NCBI GenBank assembly: GCA_040954595.2 | Contig: CM082581.2 | Location: 8,229,313-8,293,312, forward strand | Direction of reading: 5' to 3' | DNA from: Balanoglossus misakiensis | Taxonomy: Eukaryota; Animalia; Hemichordata | Length of the DNA stretch: 64,000 bases | Shown: one piece after another, positions 42,701 through 55,600 of the stretch | Numbering within the stretch: position 1 is the first letter of the stretch | How the letters are laid out: every line of letters starts with the position of its first letter | Position numbers and translations under genes: made by a program | Notes under the pieces: generated by a model | The model's input: the letters and a program-made list of their open reading frames with translations, nothing else | Database searches by the model: none | Told to the model about the DNA's origin: nothing

Positions 42701-44337
42701 CGCGCTCCCCCCTTCTAAGTGAGATTACATCATTTAGTGACAAGATGAATGATATTATCTCTTTACCAGTCTGAGGACTTGGGCCTTTACGGCAGCAGAT
42801 GTACTGTGTTTAAGTGATGTTTCTTTCTAGACGTATGAGCGGAGGACCAGAATTCAGGAGATCCGGGTTTCTGGCGGACGCTGGCGCTCAGAATGCTCCT
42901 CTTGGAAGTAACTAAATGTTGAACTAGTGCCTAAAATTACTGACTGACTGACTGGCTAGCTGGCTGATGATGTTCATCAATAAGTTAAAATCACGGCGGA
43001 CAAAAGCTGTTTGACGAGTAAATGACGGCAAACGATGCAAACAGAAGCGCCGCCACCGGAAAAAAAGTATAACACATTCTGAAGAGGGCGCTTTGGGCCT
43101 CACTCGTTGATGGGGGAAACACGCATCGTATGGCGCACTGAGCAGCATGTTGTGTATATCCTGTTTGCGTTCGCGGGGGTAGCCGTTGAAGGTAGACGCG
43201 ATACATTTGCGAAGGGGTTTCTTAGGTCGGTATCAAAACGGGGACACCTCGCCACGCTATGAACAAATCTATATCGATGGGCTCCGGCGATTAAAAATGA
43301 CAAGATATCGTTTATATTTTACGGGACTAGCAAATGCGTTGAGTGCCAAGATATAACGTTTTAACGACTCGCTCGGCCTCAACGGTCATAAATGATTAAA
43401 GAACAAGCGCAGTAAACGTAATATGCCTTAATAGCGAACGCAGTGCTCTATTGGCAGGTCACCGTCACAAGCAAATTTACAAATTGTCATTTGAGTCGAT
43501 CCATTAATTCGAAGCTTGTCGTTTGTTCCCGCCAAAAAAGACATCTCCGCATCACAGTCAAAGCGCCTTCACTAGCGACTCGTTGGCAATTTTTAATAAT
43601 TTACAGAATGTAGATGGAGACGACCTGTTTATCTTTGGAATGAATTCGCGAAGAGCGGAATACATGAAGTATTTTTTATTTGATCAAGTTATCTCTTTGT
43701 TTTCTACAATTTCGCATTGATCCGCTGGTATAAGACTGAAAATCTAGTAAAATTGCGCGTGTAAAAAAATCAAGGGAATCGTTTTGTATTTTTTTCAAAG
43801 CTACAATAACACGTACATCGGCTTCTTAAGTCGCCGTACTTAAACCTGAAGACAGACACTAAAACACAGTATTTTCCTATTCAAAGAGATTTAAGTCAAT
43901 AATTGATTGTGTTTACGGACCTCGAGATACAGGGCTCGGATGGTGATTCGCCCATTAGAATCAAGTCCGGGTCTCGAGTTGAGACGCGCATATATCCCGA
44001 AGCACATTGAAACGACTTTGGGTATTAAACAGGTATTAATAAATTTTTCAAGAGAAAATTGAAGATGTCGCCAGAACACCTCATTAAAATTACAAGAACT
44101 CAACAGATTACGCATAAAATAAGAGAGGGGATTAATAGGGGATCAGTTTGACTTGGCCCGATGTGACAATTTGTATCCTGGCTTCTTCTTTTGCAACACG
44201 AATGGACGGTTTCAGATAATATGTCTGTCGATTTCCATAACATTAGATTTTACTTACATGAAAAAAGCAATTAAATATGTAAAATTCGAATATGGTATGA
44301 TATATGATATGATATGATGTAAGTATGTACATGTACG

Positions 44338-44400
44338 CATGTATGTGTGTGTGTGTGTCTGTCTGTCTGTGTGCCCGTCCGCCTGCCTGTCTATCTGTCC
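44338..44400 (+). repeat. Short (TG)n-(TCTG)n-(CCTG)n compound microsatellite
   Basis: Read directly. Confidence 0.75.
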
Positions 44401-46493
44401 GTACTCTGTAAGGATACACTGACTTGACGAAGCAACTTTCTTGACAAGAAAGAGAAACAGGTAGCTGGATACTAAATTCAGACTGAGACAGATAGATAAA
44501 AAAGACGGACAACTTGCCCAGTCGTTTTTTTTATGCGGGATGGGTATGCTGCCCACGCATATGGTTCATATTCTAGAACATGCATGTACACAAACAGTTT
44601 GCATTAAGCCGAGATAAACACGCTTACGGGGTATATAATTTAGCTTTTATAGTGCGCCAAGGAATTAGGTCTTCTGGCAAGACTGGTTATGATATTATTA
44701 AGTAGTATGGAAGTCAATGGAATAAGATCAACCGAAGATTACAGACTGGGCAATAGGCCGAGTTCTTTTTCCTTGTAAGGTTTTATCCCGAACGCTAAAG
44801 GGAGAGTATGAATTTGCTGCGGTATAATGTAAGAAAAACACACAATCATTTCAAATTGATTGCTCTTGAGAGAGGGGGATACTGAATGTACTCCGGGGTG
44901 CGTTTTGCTCCTATTCGGAGTCGATTTTGGCGGCATTTTACATATTACGAATTACAGACGAACGAATTCCTCAATGAGAGAAAATTAAAGGCACCGAAAT
45001 GGACAACAAATCGGCTTTGGACAATGCAGGCCGACGTTTCTTTGGCTGCGCATTGTGCAAGATTTGATGGTGCACCCTCTTCGCTCGAGGCGCTTAATTA
45101 CGCTGAAACGCCATGCGACAAGATGTTGTGCTGTATATACCCACTGCCACTGAATGCGATTGATTAAAAAAAGATGCACAATGGCAGCATGCGGTATATA
45201 TAGGCTGTTGTGAAATGTTTGGCGTGCAACTCCAGTCAGGCCATGCAGACCATTCTCGGTGCGATCGAGAAGTTGCGAAGACTTTCCGAAGAACCTGCGA
45301 GATTGTTTCTACTTTGACTTGACTTCGGTCACACGTGAACATGCATATGGACCGTGACTTTCCTTCGCATTACAAAATGATATATGCATATGATATTCTA
45401 CAGCACGTGGAGGCCAAGATATAGTTTAAATGATAAAGGAAAGCTACAGATTTTTATTTTAATGCATGTCTGCAGTCTCTCTCTCTCCCCCCTCTCTCAC
45501 TCACTCACTCACGCAACAGTTTTTACGCTGACCCCCTAATTTTTATTCTCAATTTTAAGAGAGAATAATCTAAAATTGCCTTGAGCAAATTATATAAAAA
45601 AGCACGTTTATGACTTTCGGGGCGAATGCTCTCTTAATTGTATTCAGATAAAAATTCCCATCAAATCCAGGATATACTCACTTGGATGTTGGTTGGTTCT
45701 GATATTGACGTCAGGCCAACAGTAGTGTCTGGTTGAAATGCGCGTTACGCAGACCATGGAACAAGTTGTGGTTTAGAGAACCGTTGGAGTGGAAGGCAGC
45801 GAGAATAAAACTAACACCGACTGAAGCCGTTATTTAAAACCAGTGTTAAGATCATCAGTTGTGCTATCTACGTACATAGTACATATGTTGTAGATCAACA
45901 ATCGTGTGGAAAAAAATAACAACCTGCAATCATTTTGTTTTCAAAGCGAAACCGGAATATCACCGACAGCGGGACAATCAAAGGCGAATTTTAAACAAAT
46001 AAAAAACTGACTCACAGAAAAACAATAAAATTACAGAAAGTGGTTATTACATTGCGCGGTATATAAAAGAATGTGGAGTTTTCTACCCGTCTGCCCTACT
46101 TTACGGATAACAATCTCGGTGTAAATTATATTACTGTTTTTTAACTCCCGTCTTCGAGCGTACACTGTAAAATCGCTCTGAACAGTTGGACGTCCCTTCA
46201 CTATCATTTGTGATGTACAGTTTGTCCCGAAGCGGAACAGAAATTTCTGTGATAGTCTCGCTTTAATTTGGAACAAGCTCATCGCAGGAAGTCGCCCGGG
46301 GCTACACTTTGAAAACCGAACAATCAATAGACAAATGGAACTCCAAAACATGAAATTGGAGGACAATTTTTATGCGGACCGGGAGAATTGTTAGATGTTC
46401 GGCGATTACAGTTCAGAAAATGGCTATCGGCTTTGGTGATAATGGCAGAAATATCTGCCCACCTGGTAACACACAATATTCACGTAAATGAAC

Positions 46494-46607
46494 ACACATA
46501 CACATACGCATCCATGCATCTATGCATTCATACATCCATACATCCATCCATCCATCCATACATACATACATACATACATACATACATACATACATACATA
46601 CATACAT

Positions 46608-46642
<35 letters not shown>
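46494..46642 (+). repeat. (CATC)/(CATA)n-(CA)n compound microsatellite abutting the satellite array
   Basis: Degenerate CATC/CATA units become pure (CATA)n at ~46557-46624, then (CA)n to 46642. Confidence 0.95.
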
Positions 46643-46643
<1 letters not shown>

Positions 46644-49600
46644 TTCATATTTTGACAAAAATCATGGGTTATAGCCCATGAAAATCATCCAAAAATGACA
46701 ATTTTTCGACTTTGCGAAATATCAAATTTTCTTCATATTTTGACAAAAATCATGGGTTATAGCCCATGAAAATCATCCAAAAATGACAATTTTTCGACTT
46801 TGCGAAATATCAAAATTTCTTCATATTTTGACTAAAATCATGGGTTATAGCCCATGAAAATCATCCAAAAATGACAATTTTTCGACTTTGCGAAATATCA
46901 AAATTTCTTCATATTTTGACAAAAATCATGGGTTATAGCCCATGAAAATCATCCAAAAATGACAATTTTTCGACTTTGCGAAATATCAAAATTTCTTCAT
47001 ATTTTGACAAAAATCATGGGTTATAGCCCATGAAAATCATCCAAAAATGACAATTTTTCGACTTTGCGAAATATCAAAAATTCTTCATATTTTGACAAAA
47101 ATCATGGGTTATAGCCCATGAAAATCATCCAAAAATGACAATTTTTCGACTTTGCGAAATATCAAAATTTCTTCATATTTTGACAAAAATCATGGGTTAT
47201 AGCCCATGAAAATCATCCAAAAATGACAATTTTTCGACTTTGCGAAATATCAAAATTTCTTCATATTTTGACAAAAATCATGGGTTATAGCCCATGAAAA
47301 TCATCCAAAAATGACAATTTTTCGACTTTGCGAAATATCAAAAATTCTTCATATTTTGACAAAAATCATGGGTTATAGCCCATGAAAATCATCCAAAAAT
47401 GACAATTTTTCGACTTTGCGAAATATCAAAAATTCTTCATATTTTGACAAAAATCATGGGTTATAGCCCATGAAAATCATCCAAAAATGACAATTTTTCG
47501 ACTTTGCGAAATATCAAAATTTCTTCATATTTTGACAAAAATCATGGGTTATAGCCCATGAAAATCATCCAAAAATGACAATTTTTCGACTTTGCGAAAT
47601 ATCAAAATTTCTTCATATTTTGACAAAAATCATGGGTTATAGCCCATGAAAATCATCCAAAAATGACAATTTTTCGACTTTGCGAAATATCAAAATTTCT
47701 TCATATTTTGACAAAAATCATGGGTTATAGCCCATGAAAATCATCCAAAAATGACAATTTTTCGACTTTGCGAAATATCAAAATTTCGTCATATTTTGAC
47801 AAAAATCATGGGTTATAGCCCATGAAAATCATCCAAAAATGACAATTTTTCGACTTTGCGAAATATCAAAATTTCGTCATATTTTGACAAAAATCATGGG
47901 TTATAGCCCATGAAAATCATCCAAAAATGACAATTTTTCGACTTTGCGAAATATCAAAATTTCGTCATATTTTGACAAAAATCATGGGTTATAGCCCATG
48001 AAAATCATCCAAAAATGAAAATTTTTCGACTTTGCGAAATATCAAAATTTCTTCATATTTTGACAAAAATCATGGGTTATAGCCCATGAAAATCATCCAA
48101 AAATGACAATTTTTCGACTTTGCGAAATATCAAAATTTCTTCATATTTTGACAAAAATCATGGGTTATAGCCCATGAAAATCATCCAAAAATGACAATTT
48201 TTCGACTTTGCGAAATATCAAAATTTCTTCATATTTTGACAAAAATCATGGGTTATAGCCCATGAAAATCATCCAAAAATGACAATTTTTCGACTTTGCG
48301 AAATATCAAAATTTCGTCATATTTTGACAAAAATCATGGGTTATAGCCCATGAAAATCATCCAAAAATGACAATTTTTCGACTTTGCGAAATATCAAAAT
48401 TTCGTCATATTTTGACAAAAATCATGGGTTATAGCCCATGAAAATCATCCAAAAATGACAATTTTTCGACTTTGCGAAATATCAAAATTTCGTCATATTT
48501 TGACAAAAATCATGGGTTATAGCCCATGAAAATCATCCAAAAATGACAATTTTTCGACTTTGCGAAATATCAAAATTTCGTCATATTTTGACAAAAATCA
48601 TGGGTTATAGCCCATGAAAATCATCCAAAAATGACAATTTTTCGACTTTGCGAAATATCAAAATTTCTTCATATTTTGACAAAAATCATGGGTTATAGCC
48701 CATGAAAATCATCCAAAAATGACAATTTTTCGACTTTGCGAAATATCAAAATTTCTTCATATTTTGACAAAAATCATGGGTTATAGCCCATGAAAATCAT
48801 CCAAAAATGACAATTTTTCGACTTTGCGAAATATCAAAATTTCTTCATATTTTGACAAAAATCATGGGTTATAGCCCATGAAAATCATCCAAAAATGACA
48901 ATTTTTCGACTTTGCGAAATATCAAAATTTCTCTATATATTTTGACAAAAATCATGGGTTATAGCCCATGAAAATCATCCAAAAATGACAATTTTTCGAC
49001 TTTGCGAAATATCAAAATTTCGTCATATTTTGACAAAAATCATGGGTTATAGCCCATGAAAATCATCCAAAAATGACAATTTTTCGACTTTGCGAAATAT
49101 CAAAATTTCGTCATATTTTGACAAAAATCATGGGTTATAGCCCATGAAAATCATCCAAAAATGACAATTTTTCGACTTTGCGAAATATCAAAATTTCATC
49201 ATATTTTGACAAAAATCATGGGTTATAGCCCATGAAAATCATCCAAAAATGAAAATTTTTCGACTTTGCGAAATATCAAAATTTCTTCATATTTTGACAA
49301 AAATCATGGGTTATAGCCCATGAAAATCATCCAAAATGACAATTTTTCGACTTTGCGAAATATCAAAATTTCGTCATATTTTGACAAAAATCATGGGTTA
49401 TAGCCCATGAAAATCATCCAAAAATGACAATTTTTCGACTTTGCGAAATATCAAAATTTCGTCATATTTTGACAAAAATCATGGGTTATAGCCCATGAAA
49501 ATCATCCAAAAATGACAATTTTTCGACTTTGCGAAATATCAAAATTTCGTCATATTTTGACAAAAATCATGGGTTATAGCCCATGAAAATCATCCAAAAA

Positions 49601-52600
49601 TGACAATTTTTCGACTTTGCGAAATATCAAAATTTCGTCATATTTTGACAAAAATCATGGGTTATAGCCCATGAAAATCATCCAAAAATGACAATTTTTC
49701 GACTTTGCGAAATATCAAAATTTCGTCATATTTTGACAAAAATCATGGGTTATAGCCCATGAAAATCATCCAAAAATGACAATTTTTCGACTTTGCGAAA
49801 TATCAAAATTTCGTCATATTTTGACAAAAATCATGGGTTATAGCCCATGAAAATCATCCAAAAATGACAATTTTTCGACTTTGCGAAATATCAAAATTTC
49901 GTCATATTTTGACAAAAATCATGGGTTATAGCCCATGAAAATCATCCAAAAATGACAATTTTTCGACTTTGCGAAATATCAAAATTTCGTCATATTTTGA
50001 CAAAAATCATGGGTTATAGCCCATGAAAATCATCCAAAAATGACAATTTTTCGACTTTGCGAAATATCAAAATTTCTTCATATTTTGACAAAAATCATGG
50101 GTTATAGCCCATGAAAATCATCCAAAAATGACAATTTTTCGACTTTGCGAAATATCAAAATTTCTTCATATTTTGACAAAAATCATGGGTTATAGCCCAT
50201 GAAAATCATCCAAAAATGACAATTTTTCGACTTTGCGAAATATCAAAATTTCTTCATATTTTGACAAAAATCATGGGTTATAGCCCATGAAAATCATCCA
50301 AAAATGACAATTTTTCGACTTTGCGAAATATCAAAATTTCTCTATATATTTTGACAAAAATCATGGGTTATAGCCCATGAAAATCATCCAAAAATGACAA
50401 TTTTTCGACTTTGCGAAATATCAAAATTTCTTCATATTTTGACAAAAATCATGGGTTATAGCCCATGAAAATCATCCAAAAATGACAATTTTTCGACTTT
50501 GCGAAATATCAAAATTTCTTCATATTTTGACAAAAATCATGGGTTATAGCCCATGAAAATCATCCAAAAATGACAATTTTTCGACTTTGCGAAATATCAA
50601 AATTTCTTCATATTTTGACAAAAATCATGGGTTATAGCCCATGAAAATCATCCAAAAATGACAATTTTTCGACTTTGCGAAATATCAAAATTTCTTCATA
50701 TTTTGACAAAAATCATGGGTTATAGCCCATGAAAATCATCCAAAAATGACAATTTTTCGACTTTGCGAAATATCAAAATTTCTTCATATTTTGACAAAAA
50801 TCATGGGTTATAGCCCATGAAAATCATCCAAAAATGACAATTTTTCGACTTTGCGAAATATCAAAATTTCTTCATATTTTGACAAAAATCATGGGTTATA
50901 GCCCATGAAAATCATCCAAAAATGACAATTTTTCGACTTTGCGAAATATCAAAATTTCTTCATATTTTGACAAAAATCATGGGTTATAGCCCATGAAAAT
51001 CATCCAAAAATGACAATTTTTCGACTTTGCGAAATATCAAAATTTCTCTATATATTTTGACAAAAATCATGGGTTATAGCCCATGAAAATCATCCAAAAA
51101 TGACAATTTTTCGACTTTGCGAAATATCAAAATTTCTTCATATTTTGACAAAAATCATGGGTTATAGCCCATGAAAATCATCCAAAAATGACAATTTTTC
51201 GACTTTGCGAAATATCAAAATTTCTTCATATTTTGACAAAAATCATGGGTTATAGCCCATGAAAATCATCCAAAAATGACAATTTTTCGACTTTGCGAAA
51301 TATCAAAATTTCTTCATATTTTGACAAAAATCATGGGTTATAGCCCATGAAAATCATCCAAAAATGACAATTTTTCGACTTTGCGAAATATCAAAATTTC
51401 TTCATATTTTGACAAAAATCATGGGTTATAGCCCATGAAAATCATCCAAAAATGACAATTTTTCGACTTTGCGAAATATCAAAATTTCTTCATATTTTGA
51501 CAAAAATCATGGGTTATAGCCCATGAAAATCATCCAAAAATGACAATTTTTCGACTTTGCGAAATATCAAAATTTCTTCATATTTTGACAAAAATCATGG
51601 GTTATAGCCCATGAAAATCATCCAAAAATGACAATTTTTCGACTTTGCGAAATATCAAAATTTCTTCATATTTTGACAAAAATCATGGGTTATAGCCCAT
51701 GAAAATCATCCAAAAATGACAATTTTTCGACTTTGCGAAATATCAAAATTTCTTCATATTTTGACAAAAATCATGGGTTATAGCCCATGAAAATCATCCA
51801 AAAATGACAATTTTTCGACTTTGCGAAATATCAAAATTTCTTCATATTTTGACAAAAATCATGGGTTATAGCCCATGAAAATCATCCAAAAATGACAATT
51901 TTTCGACTTTGCGAAATATCAAAATTTCTTCATATTTTGACAAAAATCATGGGTTATAGCCCATGAAAATCATCCAAAAATGACAATTTTTCGACTTTGC
52001 GAAATATCAAAATTTCTTCATATTTTGACAAAAATCATGGGTTATAGCCCATGAAAATCATCCAAAAATGACAATTTTTCGACTTTGCGAAATATCAAAA
52101 TTTCTTCATATTTTGACAAAAATCATGGGTTATAGCCCATGAAAATCATCCAAAAATGACAATTTTTCGACTTTGCGAAATATCAAAATTTCTTCATATT
52201 TTGACAAAAATCATGGGTTATAGCCCATGAAAATCATCCAAAAATGACAATTTTTCGACTTTGCGAAATATCAAAATTTCTTCATATTTTGACAAAAATC
52301 ATGGGTTATAGCCCATGAAAATCATCCAAAAATGACAATTTTTCGACTTTGCGAAATATCAAAATTTCTTCATATTTTGACAAAAATCATGGGTTATAGC
52401 CCATGAAAATCATCCAAAAATGACAATTTTTCGACTTTGCGAAATATCAAAATTTCTTCATATTTTGACAAAAATCATGGGTTATAGCCCATGAAAATCA
52501 TCCAAAAATGACAATTTTTCGACTTTGCGAAATATCAAAATTTCTTCATATTTTGACAAAAATCATGGGTTATAGCCCATGAAAATCATCCAAAAATGAC

Positions 52601-55600
52601 AATTTTTCGACTTTGCGAAATATCAAAATTTCTTCATATTTTGACAAAAATCATGGGTTATAGCCCATGAAAATCATCCAAAAATGACAATTTTTCGACT
52701 TTGCGAAATATCAAAATTTCTTCATATTTTGACAAAAATCATGGGTTATAGCCCATGAAAATCATCCAAAAATGACAATTTTTCGACTTTGCGAAATATC
52801 AAAATTTCTTCATATTTTGACAAAAATCATGGGTTATAGCCCATGAAAATCATCCAAAAATGACAATTTTTCGACTTTGCGAAATATCAAAATTTCTTCA
52901 TATTTTGACAAAAATCATGGGTTATAGCCCATGAAAATCATCCAAAAATGACAATTTTTCGACTTTGCGAAATATCAAAATTTCTTCATATTTTGACAAA
53001 AATCATGGGTTATAGCCCATGAAAATCATCCAAAAATGACAATTTTTCGACTTTGCGAAATATCAAAATTTCTTCATATTTTGACAAAAATCATGGGTTA
53101 TAGCCCATGAAAATCATCCAAAAATGACAATTTTTCGACTTTGCGAAATATCAAAATTTCTTCATATTTTGACAAAAATCATGGGTTATAGCCCATGAAA
53201 ATCATCCAAAAATGACAATTTTTCGACTTTGCGAAATATCAAAATTTCTTCATATTTTGACAAAAATCATGGGTTATAGCCCATGAAAATCATCCAAAAA
53301 TGACAATTTTTCGACTTTGCGAAATATCAAAATTTCTTCATATTTTGACAAAAATCATGGGTTATAGCCCATGAAAATCATCCAAAAATGACAATTTTTC
53401 GACTTTGCGAAATATCAAAATTTCTTCATATTTTGACAAAAATCATGGGTTATAGCCCATGAAAATCATCCAAAAATGACAATTTTTCGACTTTGCGAAA
53501 TATCAAAATTTCTTCATATTTTGACAAAAATCATGGGTTATAGCCCATGAAAATCATCCAAAAATGACAATTTTTCGACTTTGCGAAATATCAAAATTTC
53601 TTCATATTTTGACAAAAATCATGGGTTATAGCCCATGAAAATCATCCAAAAATGACAATTTTTCGACTTTGCGAAATATCAAAATTTCTTCATATTTTGA
53701 CAAAAATCATGGGTTATAGCCCATGAAAATCATCCAAAAATGACAATTTTTCGACTTTGCGAAATATCAAAATTTCTTCATATTTTGACAAAAATCATGG
53801 GTTATAGCCCATGAAAATCATCCAAAAATGACAATTTTTCGACTTTGCGAAATATCAAAATTTCTTCATATTTTGACAAAAATCATGGGTTATAGCCCAT
53901 GAAAATCATCCAAAAATGACAATTTTTCGACTTTGCGAAATATCAAAATTTCTTCATATTTTGACAAAAATCATGGGTTATAGCCCATGAAAATCATCCA
54001 AAAATGACAATTTTTCGACTTTGCGAAATATCAAAATTTCTTCATATTTTGACAAAAATCATGGGTTATAGCCCATGAAAATCATCCAAAAATGACAATT
54101 TTTCGACTTTGCGAAATATCAAAATTTCTTCATATTTTGACAAAAATCATGGGTTATAGCCCATGAAAATCATCCAAAAATGACAATTTTTCGACTTTGC
54201 GAAATATCAAAATTTCTTCATATTTTGACAAAAATCATGGGTTATAGCCCATGAAAATCATCCAAAAATGACAATTTTTCGACTTTGCGAAATATCAAAA
54301 TTTCTTCATATTTTGACAAAAATCATGGGTTATAGCCCATGAAAATCATCCAAAAATGACAATTTTTCGACTTTGCGAAATATCAAAATTTCTTCATATT
54401 TTGACAAAAATCATGGGTTATAGCCCATGAAAATCATCCAAAAATGACAATTTTTCGACTTTGCGAAATATCAAAATTTCTTCATATTTTGACAAAAATC
54501 ATGGGTTATAGCCCATGAAAATCATCCAAAAATGACAATTTTTCGACTTTGCGAAATATCAAAATTTCTTCATATTTTGACAAAAATCATGGGTTATAGC
54601 CCATGAAAATCATCCAAAAATGACAATTTTTCGACTTTGCGAAATATCAAAATTTCTTCATATTTTGACAAAAATCATGGGTTATAGCCCATGAAAATCA
54701 TCCAAAAATGACAATTTTTCGACTTTGCGAAATATCAAAATTTCTTCATATTTTGACAAAAATCATGGGTTATAGCCCATGAAAATCATCCAAAAATGAC
54801 AATTTTTCGACTTTGCGAAATATCAAAATTTCTTCATATTTTGACAAAAATCATGGGTTATAGCCCATGAAAATCATCCAAAAATGACAATTTTTCGACT
54901 TTGCGAAATATCAAAATTTCTTCATATTTTGACAAAAATCATGGGTTATAGCCCATGAAAATCATCCAAAAATGACAATTTTTCGACTTTGCGAAATATC
55001 AAAATTTCTTCATATTTTGACAAAAATCATGGGTTATAGCCCATGAAAATCATCCAAAAATGACAATTTTTCGACTTTGCGAAATATCAAAATTTCTTCA
55101 TATTTTGACAAAAATCATGGGTTATAGCCCATGAAAATCATCCAAAAATGACAATTTTTCGACTTTGCGAAATATCAAAATTTCTTCATATTTTGACAAA
55201 AATCATGGGTTATAGCCCATGAAAATCATCCAAAAATGACAATTTTTCGACTTTGCGAAATATCAAAATTTCTTCATATTTTGACAAAAATCATGGGTTA
55301 TAGCCCATGAAAATCATCCAAAAATGACAATTTTTCGACTTTGCGAAATATCAAAATTTCTTCATATTTTGACAAAAATCATGGGTTATAGCCCATGAAA
55401 ATCATCCAAAAATGACAATTTTTCGACTTTGCGAAATATCAAAATTTCTTCATATTTTGACAAAAATCATGGGTTATAGCCCATGAAAATCATCCAAAAA
55501 TGACAATTTTTCGACTTTGCGAAATATCAAAATTTCTTCATATTTTGACAAAAATCATGGGTTATAGCCCATGAAAATCATCCAAAAATGACAATTTTTC

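Noticed and set aside
46704-46720. CENP-B box in the monomer (TTCG...CG)
   Set aside because: The consensus needs TTCG-N4-A-N2-CGGG; here it is TTCG-N6-CGAAA, with wrong spacing and tail.
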